A stretch of DNA of 64,000 bases, from NCBI GenBank assembly GCA_037146775.1, contig JBAWWL010000005.1, positions 102,241 through 166,240 of the forward strand. The letters are read 5' to 3'. The notes beneath the pieces are model-generated. The model worked only from the letters and a program-made list of their open reading frames with translations. It searched no databases and was not told the DNA's origin. This stretch comes from Candidatus Omnitrophota bacterium. GTDB taxonomy: Bacteria; Omnitrophota; Gorgyraeia; Duberdicusellales; 4484-171. Below are positions 1 to 9,278 of this stretch, piece by piece. Within the stretch, counting starts at the first letter, position 1, and the number at the start of each line of letters is the position of its first letter. The translations under genes were made by a program, and so were the position numbers.

Positions 1-62
1 AATCATCACTGAAATCATTCGCATAATCACTGCAATCAATTTTAATAGGAGGGTAATATAAA

Positions 63-716
63 ATGGATCATAACCAAAAAATTGAAGAAGCGTTAAATAT
101 TATTTGGGAGGAAAGAGAAAAGAAAGTTTACGATAGGAGCGCAATAATAAAAAGATTTTTGGAATCAATCAATGAAGATATTTCTCAGGATTTACTTAGT
201 GAAGGTTTTGTCTTGATAGAGAAAGATATTATAAAATTTAGCGCTAACGGCGAATCTAAAGCCAGAGATATTATCAGACGAGAGCGGCTTGCCGAGAGGC
301 TTCTTATGGATGTTCTTGAGTTGGGAAGGAAGGAAGTCGATTCTTCAGCATGCGCTTTTGAACATATATTATCAAAAGAAGTTGAGCAAAGTATATGTAC
401 GCTTTTAGGCCATCCCAAAGAGTGTCCGCACGGCCTTGCTATTCCTATCGGCGATTGCTGTGAAAAAGCAAAAGGTTTGCTTGAAAGTATTGTGATACCT
501 CTGCCAAAACTTAAACCAGGACAGGCGGGAAAAATCGTTTATGTTTTGACGCGCGATCACCCTCAACTCCATAAGCTGATGTCTTTCGGTATTGTTCCCG
601 GGGCAAGGGTGGTATTGCATCAGCTATCACCTTCGGTAATCATCCAAGTTGAAGAAACCCAGGTAGCCTTAGAAGAGGCCATCGCTAAAGAAATTTACGT
701 CAAAAGAATTAATTAG
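63..716 (+). CDS. DtxR/MntR-family metal-dependent transcriptional repressor with C-terminal FeoA/SH3-like domain
   Basis: N-terminal HTH. The segment 'RRERLAERLLMDVLEL...ACAFEHILSKEVEQ...GHPKECPHGLAIP' matches the DtxR metal-binding and dimerisation region. The C-terminal 'KLKPGQAGKIVYV...GIVPGARV' is FeoA-like. Confidence 0.75.
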   Translation: MDHNQKIEEALNIIWEEREKKVYDRSAIIKRFLESINEDISQDLLSEGFVLIEKDIIKFSANGESKARDIIRRERLAERLLMDVLELGRKEVDSSACAFEHILSKEVEQSICTLLGHPKECPHGLAIPIGDCCEKAKGLLESIVIPLPKLKPGQAGKIVYVLTRDHPQLHKLMSFGIVPGARVVLHQLSPSVIIQVEETQVALEEAIAKEIYVKRIN

Positions 717-755
717 CTAATGCATGTATTTTCGATTAAAAAATAGATGCTATTT

Positions 756-800
756 TTACTTGACATAGGGTAGGGGGGTATGGTATGCTATAAATGAAGG
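756..800 (+). promoter_or_regulatory. Putative promoter with G6-tract operator-like element upstream of the csoR-like gene
   Basis: TTGACA at 760-765 is followed by 'tagggtaGGGGGGtatggtatgctataaat'. The G-tract flanked by TA-rich arms resembles CsoR/RcnR type-1 operators, and an RBS 'aaggagg' follows. Confidence 0.3.
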
Positions 801-809
801 AGGAACAAT

Positions 810-1091
810 ATGGTAGACTACCCTAGTCACGACGAAAACTTAGTATCCTTAAGAAGGATTGAAGGCCAAGTACGCGGAATTCAAAAGATGATTCAAGAGC
901 GCAAGTATTGCGTTGATATCTTAAATCAGATCCGCTCGGCAATAATGGCTCTTGCTTCCGTAGAGGATAAAATACTGGAAAAGCATTTTCAAGCTTGCGT
1001 CGGTCAAGCCGTCCGCGGATCATCCAGCTCTGAACGTACAAGAAAACTTGAAGAGATATTGAAGCTTCTTAAGCAATTTAGAAAATTGTAA
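810..1091 (+). CDS. CsoR/RcnR/FrmR-family metal-sensing transcriptional repressor
   Basis: 93 aa. 'LVSLRRIEGQVRGIQKMIQERKYCVDILNQIRSAIMAL' is the typical DUF156 helix bundle, with conserved Cys and His positions. Confidence 0.8.
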   Translation: MVDYPSHDENLVSLRRIEGQVRGIQKMIQERKYCVDILNQIRSAIMALASVEDKILEKHFQACVGQAVRGSSSSERTRKLEEILKLLKQFRKL

Positions 1092-1101
1092 GAGGTTTAT
1101 T

Positions 1102-2118
1102 ATGCTACGAAAAGTTCTGATTGCTCAAGCATTGGCGGTGCTATTTACTTTAAACTTTGTTTTTGCTGCTTCTGAGGGTTTTTTTTATAAAGAAGCTAAT
1201 TTAATTGGCAGCTATTCTAGCCGCGATGGGTGGGCGGATAAAAATGGGACAATGATGAACAGTTCTGTGGGTTTTGAGCTCTATCGTAAGTTTTCCGGTG
1301 ATTACGGAGATTTCCTTACCCTTGACCTTCAGATGCGCGCCTCTTACGACAGTAAAAAGAATTCAAGTCAAGCTTGGGGCTTGGAGATTCATAATGCATG
1401 GCTAGAGTATAAACTTTCCCAATATGCAAAGATAAGGGCCGGACATTTTGATCCTTCGTTTGGCCTTGAGCCGATGTTAGATACGCATAGTACCTTGCTT
1501 CAGACTTTGGCTGAGCAAGATATCGGTTTTAACAAAGATTGGGGAACTCAGGTGCGCGGGTCGTTTCCCGCGTTTGACTATGAGGCTAGCCTGCAACTCG
1601 GTTCAGGAATGAGCATGCGCAGGCGGGATGACAGCTATCTTGCGACATTAAGAATAGGCTCGCCGCAAGGTAAGAACCTGCAGGGAGGAATTTCTGTTTT
1701 GTCCGGTATGGTTTTAGAGAGCGAAGGCATGCGCACTTTTCCTAAAAATAAACTATTGTCTGTTGATGCGATGAATAAAAAAAGAATCGGTATCGACGGC
1801 CAGTATCTTTATGGCCCGTTTCTTTTTAAAGGAGAATTTGCTTACGGCGAGAACGATAAAAATGATGTGTTAGGGTATCTTACAGAAATAGATTATACTT
1901 TTCCTTCGCATCAGAATTTAGAGCTCGAGTTGCAGTATAAAACTTGGATCAATGATATTCATGAAGCCAGTCGCGATAACCCGACAATTACGCTGGGAAC
2001 AACTTACAAATTAAACCAAACTGTAACCTTACGCGCAGCATTCTTGCATAATTTCGGCATGGAGGATTTAAAGCCCGAAGATCGCTTTGTGGTGCAATTT
2101 TATTTCTTTGGAGGTTGA
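1102..2118 (+). CDS. Secreted protein, possibly an outer-membrane beta-barrel porin
   Basis: Signal peptide 'MLRKVLIAQALAVLFTLNFVFAAS'. Alternating amphipathic segments and an aromatic-rich C-terminus '...FVVQFYFFGG'. No specific family was recognised. Confidence 0.4.
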   Translation: MLRKVLIAQALAVLFTLNFVFAASEGFFYKEANLIGSYSSRDGWADKNGTMMNSSVGFELYRKFSGDYGDFLTLDLQMRASYDSKKNSSQAWGLEIHNAWLEYKLSQYAKIRAGHFDPSFGLEPMLDTHSTLLQTLAEQDIGFNKDWGTQVRGSFPAFDYEASLQLGSGMSMRRRDDSYLATLRIGSPQGKNLQGGISVLSGMVLESEGMRTFPKNKLLSVDAMNKKRIGIDGQYLYGPFLFKGEFAYGENDKNDVLGYLTEIDYTFPSHQNLELELQYKTWINDIHEASRDNPTITLGTTYKLNQTVTLRAAFLHNFGMEDLKPEDRFVVQFYFFGG

Positions 2119-2119
2119 T

Positions 2120-2710
2120 ATGAAAAATATTTTTAAGATTTTATTGGTTTTTGTTGCTCTAATTTTCTTTGCCCAAGCTGCTTACGCTGCGGTAGGCTGT
2201 AGCCTCAATGACCCGGATCGGGATGTAAAAAGGATATACCCTGAATCGACCGGCTACAAAACTACTTTTATTACTATTAAGGAAAAAGGCGGAGAGGTTT
2301 TAAAGAAAAAAATAGAGGATAAGTTTCAAGATAGCTTTGAGCCGGTCTATGAAAGCATTGATGTCCCTTACTCTTTTTATACCGTGCTTAAAGGAAAAGA
2401 GGCTATCGGCTATATCCACGGAGTAAACCAAAAAGGTAAATATGGAGGTATGCAAATTATCATCGCCACCGATCTTACGGGTAAGATAATAGATTTTTAC
2501 TATCAGAAGATGTCTTCTCCTGAGGCCGGAAAGTTTATGGATCTTAAATTTACCTCTCAATTTAAAGGGTTGGCTCTCGACGATTTCTTAAAAGGCAATC
2601 TCCCCATAAACGATCCTAGCGTAAATAGCCCCGAAGATTTTAAGGCTACCTTGCGCGGCCTTAAGAAAAATATAATTTTATTGGATATGTTGTTGCTTTC
2701 TAAACAATAG
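2120..2710 (+). CDS. Secreted FMN-binding domain protein
   Basis: Signal peptide, then 'KGKYGGMQIIIATDLTGKIIDFYYQKMSSPEAG', which resembles the FMN_bind domain (RnfG/NqrC-like) core. The start was chosen at the ATG after RBS 'ggagg' rather than the upstream in-frame overlap. Confidence 0.55.
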   Translation: MKNIFKILLVFVALIFFAQAAYAAVGCSLNDPDRDVKRIYPESTGYKTTFITIKEKGGEVLKKKIEDKFQDSFEPVYESIDVPYSFYTVLKGKEAIGYIHGVNQKGKYGGMQIIIATDLTGKIIDFYYQKMSSPEAGKFMDLKFTSQFKGLALDDFLKGNLPINDPSVNSPEDFKATLRGLKKNIILLDMLLLSKQ

Positions 2711-2719
2711 GAGGTTTTA

Positions 2720-3094
2720 ATGAAAAAAACTATATTCATTCTCGTATTAGTTTCGGTATTTTCGTTATTGTTTGTTCTCTCCGGCTGCGGGCCAAATCCG
2801 GGGATTTATGGAAAACCTTTAACCGAAACCAAGGCTACAGCCATCGCAAGCGTTCTTAAGGCACCGGATAAATTTATCGGCCACGTCATCCGGCTTGAAG
2901 GAAAAATTATTCAGGAATGTCCTGCCGGAGGATGGTTTATGCTTAAAGATGATACGGGGGTGATATTCGTAGACCTGCACCCTTCCGAAATCGCTATCCC
3001 ACAGGCAGTCAATCACCGCGTGGCCGTGCAGGGTAAGGTTAAAAATGATTCCAGTCAAGTTTTTGTGATTGGAGAAGGAGTTGAATTAAAATGA
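2720..3094 (+). CDS. Lipoprotein of unknown function
   Basis: Lipobox 'LLFVLSGCG'. 124 aa with RBS 'aggagg' upstream. It is co-oriented and tightly linked with the following ABC genes. Confidence 0.5.
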   Translation: MKKTIFILVLVSVFSLLFVLSGCGPNPGIYGKPLTETKATAIASVLKAPDKFIGHVIRLEGKIIQECPAGGWFMLKDDTGVIFVDLHPSEIAIPQAVNHRVAVQGKVKNDSSQVFVIGEGVELK

Positions 3095-4278
3095 AAACCA
3101 TTTCTATCGCTTATAAGAATTTAAAGCGTAAAAAAATCCGTACCGTGCTGACAATAGGGGCGGTGGCAGTAGCGGTTGCGGTACTGGTGAGCCTTTTTGG
3201 CTTTGACGCGGGCTATCAGCAAGGATTGAGCAATGATATCGATAAGCTTGGCTATCATCTTTTAGTTACGGCAAAAGGTTGTCCTTATGAGGCGGCAACG
3301 CTAATGCTTTCCGGTGGAGGGGGCTTGCGTTACATGGAAGATGCTGTTTACAATCGTATCGCAAAAGACCCGCGTGTCGATAAAATTATGCCAGAACTGG
3401 TCTCCAGTGTTTACAATCAGGAGGGTGGACCAGATAAGCGCGGTACATTCGCTCTCTACATGGGCATAGAAAAATCCTATCTTGATTTAAAACCCTGGGC
3501 GAAGTTTAAATCCGGCGGATGGTTTTCTTCCCTAGATGCCGACGAGGTGATTATAGGCTACGAAGCGGCGGAATTAGAACAGCGCTTAGTGGGGGATCAG
3601 ATTTTTGTTCCTAAGATCAACAAAGTTCTTACCGTTAAAGGAATTTTTGAGCGTACCGGCACACAAGATGACGGTATGATTTTTATTCCGCTGGCCACCG
3701 CTCAGCGTATATTTAATCTTCCGGGAAAACTTACCGGCATCGGCATAAAACTTAAAGATATTCAACAGATAAACGAATTCGAGGAGTCGCTTTATAACGA
3801 GCCGGGCATCCAGGTGGTGAGTCTTGCCCAGGTGCGGGGAACAATTCTTAATCTTGTGGCTTCGGCGCGAGCAATGGCTAATTCCGTTGCTCTTATCGCT
3901 ATTTTTATTGCGGTTCTCGGCGTGACCAACACCATTCTTATGTCTGTGTTTGAGCGTACGCGCGAAATAGGAGTAATGAAGGCATTGGGTGCTTCCGCCG
4001 CGGATATTTTCAAAATAATTTGGACCGAGACTACGCTTATTTGCGTGTTCGGCGGATTGTTCGGTGTGACGCTTGCCTCCCTAGGGACCTCGATCGTAGA
4101 AAAAATTATTCGTCACACCCTGCCTTATGCGCCTTCGGGAAAGCTTGTTTTGATCAAGCCGGAATTTATGTTGATTGCGTTTCTGGCTACGGTAGTAATG
4201 GGTTTGCTGTCCGGTATTTATCCGGCGTTACGCGCATCTAAAATGAGGCCGGTAGAAGCAATTCGGTCGGGAGAATAA
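3091..4278 (+). CDS. ABC transporter permease, FtsX/MacB-LolCE family
   Basis: N-terminal TM helix, a large periplasmic domain and a C-terminal FtsX-like 3-TM bundle ('ILMSVFERTREIGVMKALGAS'). Confidence 0.8.
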   Translation: MKTISIAYKNLKRKKIRTVLTIGAVAVAVAVLVSLFGFDAGYQQGLSNDIDKLGYHLLVTAKGCPYEAATLMLSGGGGLRYMEDAVYNRIAKDPRVDKIMPELVSSVYNQEGGPDKRGTFALYMGIEKSYLDLKPWAKFKSGGWFSSLDADEVIIGYEAAELEQRLVGDQIFVPKINKVLTVKGIFERTGTQDDGMIFIPLATAQRIFNLPGKLTGIGIKLKDIQQINEFEESLYNEPGIQVVSLAQVRGTILNLVASARAMANSVALIAIFIAVLGVTNTILMSVFERTREIGVMKALGASAADIFKIIWTETTLICVFGGLFGVTLASLGTSIVEKIIRHTLPYAPSGKLVLIKPEFMLIAFLATVVMGLLSGIYPALRASKMRPVEAIRSGE

Positions 4279-4280
4279 CC

Positions 4281-4976
4281 ATGAAAGATCATGTGATTCA
4301 CGCTGAAAAATTAACTAAAGTTTATAAACTTTTAGCCGAAGAAATTTATGCGGTCCGCGATATTAATCTTGATATTGAATCCGGTGACTTTATCGCCATT
4401 ATGGGGCCATCGGGTTCAGGAAAGACCACCCTTCTTGATAGCCTGGGTTGTTTGAGCGCGATTACAAGCGGTAAATTAAATATTCTCGGCAAAGACGTCT
4501 CACACGCAAAAGAAAAAACCCTTGTGTTGATGCGGCGAAAATTCCTAGGTTTTGTTTTTCAGGATTTTTTGCTCATTCCCACGCTTACCGCGCTTGAAAA
4601 TGTGCAGTTACCTTTATTTTTTGCGCGCGCGCAGCAACGGAGCTCACGAGCGATTGAACTCTTAGAAAGAGTCGGGCTTGGAAAGCGCATTAATCATTTG
4701 CCTAAAGAGATGTCCGGAGGCGAGAAGCAAAGAGTAGCTATCGCCAGAGCATTAGTAACCGGGCCTAAAATACTTTTTGCTGACGAGCCAACAGGGAATT
4801 TAGATACAAAAAGCGGTGAACAGATATTTCAGATTCTAAAAGATTTAAATAAAAGCGATGGTTTAACCGTAATTTTGACCACGCACAATAATAAACTCGG
4901 CGCGCTCGCTAGCCGGATTATTTATCTTAAAGATGGTTGCATAGTTCCCAAGGAAGAATCAAGCTTAAATGTTTGA
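4281..4976 (+). CDS. ABC transporter ATP-binding protein (MacB/LolD-like)
   Basis: Walker A 'GPSGSGKTTLL', signature 'LSGGEKQRVAIARAL', Walker B 'ILFADEPTGNLD'. Confidence 0.9.
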   Translation: MKDHVIHAEKLTKVYKLLAEEIYAVRDINLDIESGDFIAIMGPSGSGKTTLLDSLGCLSAITSGKLNILGKDVSHAKEKTLVLMRRKFLGFVFQDFLLIPTLTALENVQLPLFFARAQQRSSRAIELLERVGLGKRINHLPKEMSGGEKQRVAIARALVTGPKILFADEPTGNLDTKSGEQIFQILKDLNKSDGLTVILTTHNNKLGALASRIIYLKDGCIVPKEESSLNV

Positions 4977-5073
4977 ATTTTCCTTCTTGCTGATAGCCTA
5001 GTGTAGCGTTATATTGGTAGATGGCGATCTTTGTATTTTGATATTTAAATTATCTATTAAAGGAGGAAAAATG

Positions 5074-5481
5074 TTTAAAAGGATGTTAGCGTTTTTAATT
5101 GTAGGAACATTTAGCTTAATATTGAGTAGGGTATCTTTTGCTCAAGGTTGCGGTCTGCATGGTAGAGATCAGCAAATAGCACAAGCAGAGCATAATAGTC
5201 ATACCTATGCAGAGGCAGAAACGGCTGCTCAGGCTGTCTCAAAGGAAGTTGTTAATGTAGGCAACAAAATCTGCCCGGTTTTAGGAGAAAAAGTTGGCGA
5301 GAACGGCATGGAGCCGGCAACCTATGAATATGAAGGAAAAATTTACAATTTTTGTTGTACTGCTTGCATAGATGAATTTAAAAAAGACCCTGCGAAATAT
5401 ATAAAAAAAATAGAAGAAGAGAAAAAAGGGCTAGAAATAAAAATGCAGCCCGAGAGTCAACAAGGCCATAGAGCGTTATAA
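5074..5481 (+). CDS. Secreted YHS/TRASH-domain (metal-binding) protein
   Basis: Signal peptide 'MFKRMLAFLIVGTFSLILSRVSFA'. The C-terminal 'CPVLGEKV...YEYEGKIYNFCCTACIDEFKKDPAKY' is a YHS-like motif. The start was chosen at the ATG behind 'aaaggagg'. Confidence 0.55.
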   Translation, partial: FKRMLAFLIVGTFSLILSRVSFAQGCGLHGRDQQIAQAEHNSHTYAEAETAAQAVSKEVVNVGNKICPVLGEKVGENGMEPATYEYEGKIYNFCCTACIDEFKKDPAKYIKKIEEEKKGLEIKMQPESQQGHRAL

Positions 5482-5579
5482 AATCAATTTACCCCTCAAT
5501 TTTCACAAGATATCGAGAATTACTTTTTTAAAGATGATAGTGGGGTCGGAAGATCGTTCCCGTGCTATAAAACCTAAAT

Positions 5580-5606
5580 CCCACCCCGGGGGTGGGCTTT
5601 GGTTTT
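5580..5606 (+). terminator. Rho-independent terminator-like hairpin
   Basis: 'cccaccccgggggtggg' GC stem followed by 'ctttggtttt'. Confidence 0.4.
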
Positions 5607-5637
5607 AATTAAGGATAAGTTTTGGGGTTAGAATAAG

Positions 5638-6156
5638 TTGGATATTAAAATTATTCGCAGCCGCAGGAGATTACGCACGGTGAGTGCGCGTATGGTTAAC
5701 GATTGCTTAATAGTAAGCGCGCCGCTAGCGCTTTCCCAAGTACACTTAGAGAAAATTGTTTCCGGTTTTAGATTAAAGTTTGAAAAGAAGAAGCTGAAAG
5801 AAGAATTAGATAGAAATCAACCGCTTTCTGAAATTGCTGCGTGCCTTAATGAGAAATATTTTGGCAATCAACTAAAGATCAACTCCGTAGAGTATGTTAC
5901 CAGCCAGAACAGTAAATACGGCTGTTGTAATCATCGTACCGGCCATATCTGCATATCACACAAGGTAGGCTTAATGCCAAAATGGGTCAGGGATTATGTT
6001 TTGATTCATGAAATGGCGCATTTAATAGAGCCAAATCACAGTAAGTCGTTCTGGGATATTGTTTCCCGCTATAAGCTTGCTGAGCGTGCCCGCGGCTATC
6101 TTATGGCAGCTGGGCTGGATATCGGTCAAGGAGAGGAATTTGGCCCGCAGGAATAA
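5638..6156 (+). CDS. YgjP-like M48/DUF45 metal-dependent hydrolase
   Basis: 'HEMAHLIEPNHSKSFWDIV' matches the HExxH...NHSxxFW signature of the YgjP/SprT-like family. It has a TTG start. Confidence 0.65.
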   Translation: MDIKIIRSRRRLRTVSARMVNDCLIVSAPLALSQVHLEKIVSGFRLKFEKKKLKEELDRNQPLSEIAACLNEKYFGNQLKINSVEYVTSQNSKYGCCNHRTGHICISHKVGLMPKWVRDYVLIHEMAHLIEPNHSKSFWDIVSRYKLAERARGYLMAAGLDIGQGEEFGPQE

Positions 6157-6334
6157 TTTCTGGGACGTGATACTTAACCAACGATTCGCATAAAAATAAG
6201 TTGACACTAATACGTTCCGTGATTAAATAGCTTTACCGAAAAAAGGCAGTTGCTAATCAAAAAGTTTCATAACTGCCGAGACTATATTCTGTTATGCGTA
6301 AGTTCTAGCTTTGCATTTGGTGTAGAGCATTTTT

Positions 6335-6432
6335 TCGGTATACCCCGCCAAGAATCTTAAATTTCTTACGAAATTTAAGAGGCGGTCCTTCGGGCAAAAA
6401 ATGCACGCGTTTTCGCGCAGGCATTTTTTAGG
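6335..6432. other. Small structured stem-loop element (family A/B/C, copy A)
   Basis: Outer stem ccccgcc/ggcgg, an inner hairpin 'aaatttcttacgaaattt', a 'ccttcggg' hairpin, then a stem 'aaaaaatgc...gcatttttt'. It has the same architecture as the 61990-62130 copy. Confidence 0.3.
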
Positions 6433-6444
6433 TTAGAACTAAAA

Positions 6445-6592
6445 AATGGGGAGGTCGTAAAACGGCCTGAGAGTTCCCGTGACGACGGGATTACCCTTTG
6501 AACCTGTTCGCCTTTGTTTTAGCAAGTGGCGAAATCTCGACAAATTACAATTTGTCGGAATCTGGATAATACCAGCGTAGGAAATGGGCTCG
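6445..6592 (+). ncRNA. TPP (thiamine pyrophosphate) riboswitch aptamer
   Basis: 'ggggaggtcg...cCUGAGAgttcccgtgacgacgggattACCCTTTGAACCTG...ATCTGGATAATACCAGCGTAGGAA' contains the conserved THI-box segments, with two inserted hairpins in the P3 region. It lies upstream of thi4-thiM-thiE. Confidence 0.8.
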
Positions 6593-6597
6593 AATTT

Positions 6598-6632
6598 TAG
6601 ACCCTTATGTCGCTGGCATAAGGGTTTTTTAA
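6598..6632 (+). terminator. Riboswitch expression-platform terminator
   Basis: 'gacccttatgtcgctggcataagggtttttt' is a stem plus U-run immediately 3' of the aptamer. Confidence 0.7.
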
Positions 6633-6689
6633 TGAACACATCATTTTTCTAAGCGTGTAGCGTACAGGGAAAATGATGTGTCCAAGAAG

Positions 6690-6790
6690 TACATCCCGGC
6701 TCGCCTGTATACGGGGTAAATTTTCTTCGTAAATTTACCTCCGAGCTCGTCGGGATCAACTCGCGCTATCATTTTTTGGCTTGGGTACAC
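6690..6790. other. Structured stem-loop element (family A/B/C, copy C) in the thi4 leader
   Basis: 'ggtaaattttcttcgtaaatttacc' hairpin (similar to copy A 'aaatttcttacgaaattt'), then 'cgctatcattttttgg...ccaaaaaatgatgcg'. Confidence 0.25.
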
Positions 6791-6825
6791 ACCAAAAAAT
6801 GATGCGCTCATTGAGGAGGTTATCG

Positions 6826-7599
6826 ATGCAATTGGACGAGATTAAAATTTCTAAAGCTATCATTGAATCGTTTAGTAAAAAATTGACAGAGGCATTGGAT
6901 GTTGATGTGGCAATTGTCGGAGCAGGCCCGGCTGGAATGGTTTGCGGTTATTATCTGGCTCGAGCCGCAAAAAAAGTAGTGCTTTTCGAGAGAAAACTTT
7001 CAGTCGGCGGAGGAATGTGGGGTGGTGGTATTATGTTTAATGAAATTGTGGTGCAGGATAAGGCTAAAAGAATTTTAGATGAATTTGGCATTAAAACCAG
7101 GCGTTATGAAAAAGGTTATTATTTGGCAGATTCTATTGAGTCAGTTTCAGTTATTTGTTCCAAGGCAGTGCAAGCGGGACTAAAGATTTTTAACCTGATG
7201 AGCGTTGAAGATGTAATGGTGCGTAGTAAAAAAGTAACCGGGTTAGTACTAAACTGGACAGCAGTTGAAATGGCTAATTTACATGTTGATCCGATTACAA
7301 TGCGGGCTAAATTTACAGTGGACGCTACCGGTCATCCCGCGGAAGTAGCCCGTATAATCGAGAAAAAATCCGGTATCAGGCTGAAAACAAAGACCGGTAA
7401 AACCTTAGGCGAAAAATCTATGTGGGCAGAGGTCGGCGAGGATACTATTGTAAAGAATTCAAAAGAAGTTTGTTCTGGTTTGTATGCTTGCGGAATGTGC
7501 GCAAATGCGGTATTTGGCGGGCCGCGCATGGGGCCGGTATTTGGGGGGATGCTATTGGCAGGAGAAAAAGTTGCCAAAGATTTAATTAAAAAGCTTTAA
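6826..7599 (+). CDS. thi4: Thiazole synthase, Thi4 family
   Basis: '[16 protein letters not shown]...[18 protein letters not shown]...' is a FAD/NAD-binding GxGxxG fold with Thi4-type sequence throughout. RBS 'gaggagg' precedes this ATG. The longer ORF-track start at 6781 lacks an RBS. Confidence 0.85.
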   Translation: MQLDEIKISKAIIESFSKKLTEALDVDVAIVGAGPAGMVCGYYLARAAKKVVLFERKLSVGGGMWGGGIMFNEIVVQDKAKRILDEFGIKTRRYEKGYYLADSIESVSVICSKAVQAGLKIFNLMSVEDVMVRSKKVTGLVLNWTAVEMANLHVDPITMRAKFTVDATGHPAEVARIIEKKSGIRLKTKTGKTLGEKSMWAEVGEDTIVKNSKEVCSGLYACGMCANAVFGGPRMGPVFGGMLLAGEKVAKDLIKKL

Positions 7600-7623
7600 G
7601 CCGCAATAACTTTATTCTCCTTC

Positions 7624-7790
7624 GCCGGATGAAGGCGAGAATGCATTAATGTATTCGGCTTCGGAGAAATGAACTAGATATCCTCCAGAGTTCGCAAAAT
7701 ACGAACTCTGGAGAGATTTCTCCGTAACCATAAGACTGATGGAGAACCCCGCGCTGGCAAGCTGTGGAGAGTAATAAGGTGCTTCATTGT
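7624..7790 (+). ncRNA. Conserved structured intergenic element (copy 1 of 2), candidate cis-regulatory RNA
   Basis: 'GCCGGATGAAGG...AATGTATTCGGCTTCGGAG...CTCCGTAAcCATaAGAtTGATGGAGAAcCCC...TAAtAAGGTGcTTCATTG' is shared with the 20569-20703 copy. An extra perfect hairpin is inserted inside the GGAG/CTCC stem in this copy. Confidence 0.4.
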
Positions 7791-7866
7791 TCTATCTGGT
7801 ATTTAAAGCAACTGGATTATGTTAGGGGTGGGTGTATAATAACAGTCGAGTATAGGAGAAAAGATT

Positions 7867-8670
7867 ATGGAAAAAATAAGCATTGATGCTTATAGCTTGC
7901 TAGAAAGAGTAAGAGCGCAGAAACCAATAGTGCACCATCTTACTAACTGGGTTACTATTTATGATTGCGCCAATATTGTTAAGGTGCTGGGCGGGTCTCC
8001 GGTTATGGCACATGCCAAAGAAGAAGTTGCTGAAATGGCGTCTTTAGCTAGCGCGCTGGTTTTAAATATCGGCACACTCACCGTTGAATTAGTTGAGGCG
8101 ATGAAAATTGCTGCTTCTAGCGCCAAAAATAAAGGCATTCCTATTATACTAGATGTTTGTGGCGCCGGAGCTACAACCTTACGTGATAAGAAAAGCTTTG
8201 AATTACTTGAGAATACGCATATTGATATCATCAAGGGTAACGTTTCCGAAATTGCCAGAATTGCCGGAGAAAACGTTGTCACAAAAGGGGTAGATGCCGT
8301 TTCAGTTAATCATGATATGCGCTTTATCGCTGAGCGTTTAGCCCGAGAGCGTAAATGCACAGTAGTGGTTACCGGCAAAGAAGACATAATCAGCGACACG
8401 AAAACTACTTACTGCGTTGCCAACGGCGACCCGATAATGGCGTATGTAGTAGGAACGGGTTGTATGGCCGCCTCGGTTATCGCTACCTTTGCCGCCATCG
8501 AAAAAAATTTTGTATACGCTTCAACTGCGGGCCTTGTTTGTTTTGAAATCGCCGCAGAATTAGCCGCTAAGCAATCACCCGGCCCCGGTTCTTTTAAAGA
8601 ACAGTTATTTGACTACCTTTTTCGTTTAGATAAAAAAACTATCGACGAACGGCAGAAGGTAACAGCATGA
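7867..8670 (+). CDS. thiM: Hydroxyethylthiazole kinase
   Basis: 'IVHHLTNWVTIYDCANIVKVLGGSPVMAHA...DVCGAGAT...VVGTGCM' shows ThiM family hallmarks. Confidence 0.9.
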   Translation: MEKISIDAYSLLERVRAQKPIVHHLTNWVTIYDCANIVKVLGGSPVMAHAKEEVAEMASLASALVLNIGTLTVELVEAMKIAASSAKNKGIPIILDVCGAGATTLRDKKSFELLENTHIDIIKGNVSEIARIAGENVVTKGVDAVSVNHDMRFIAERLARERKCTVVVTGKEDIISDTKTTYCVANGDPIMAYVVGTGCMAASVIATFAAIEKNFVYASTAGLVCFEIAAELAAKQSPGPGSFKEQLFDYLFRLDKKTIDERQKVTA

Positions 8671-9278
8671 AAGGCTATTATTTTATTACCGACGCTATTT
8701 TAAGTAGAGCCGGTAACTTTAGTGATGTCAGGAATGCCTTGCGTGCCGGGGTTAGGGTTGTACAGTATAGGAACAAGTGTGGCTCTACCAAAGCAATGCA
8801 TGAGGAGGCGTTAAGTTTGCGCGCACTCTGCAAAGACATACTTTTTATTATCAACGACAGAATTGATATAGCTCTAAGCGTTGGCGCTGACGGAGTGCAT
8901 TTAGGCCAGGAAGACTTGCCATACGCAAGTGCTAGAAAACTTTTGGGAAAAAAGAAAATTATCGGTATGACCGTGCACAGTGTGGCAGAGGCTAAAAGGG
9001 CACAAAGTTTAGGTGCAGACTATATCGGGGTTTCGCCGATTTTTACTACTCAGACAAAAAATGACGCTGGCAAAGCCTTAGGGGTTACGATTATAGAAAA
9101 AATTAAAAAAGAAGTACAGCTGCCGTTAGTCGCTGTAGGTGGTATAGATTTAATTAATGCCGCTTTTGTAATTACCGCCGGAGCGGATAGCCTATGTGCG
9201 ATATCCGCGGTCATACGTAAAGCTAACGTAAAGAACGAGATAGAAAAGTTTCAGCGACTATTTAAAAATAGCCGTTAA
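8667..9278 (+). CDS. thiE: Thiamine-phosphate synthase
   Basis: 'YFITD...VQYRNK...IIND...GVHLGQEDL...IGVSPIFTTQTK...AVGGI' TMP-TPase motifs. Start overlaps the thiM stop (ATGA). Confidence 0.9.
   Translation: MKGYYFITDAILSRAGNFSDVRNALRAGVRVVQYRNKCGSTKAMHEEALSLRALCKDILFIINDRIDIALSVGADGVHLGQEDLPYASARKLLGKKKIIGMTVHSVAEAKRAQSLGADYIGVSPIFTTQTKNDAGKALGVTIIEKIKKEVQLPLVAVGGIDLINAAFVITAGADSLCAISAVIRKANVKNEIEKFQRLFKNSR

Noticed and set aside
6439-6639. 66-aa minus-strand ORF
   Set aside because: It lies entirely antisense to the TPP riboswitch aptamer and terminator. It has no RBS, and the aptamer signal on the + strand explains the region.
8355-8546. 63-aa + strand ORF in an alternate frame inside thiM
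   Set aside because: It is out of frame within a confident ThiM gene and has an Arg-rich nonsense translation.
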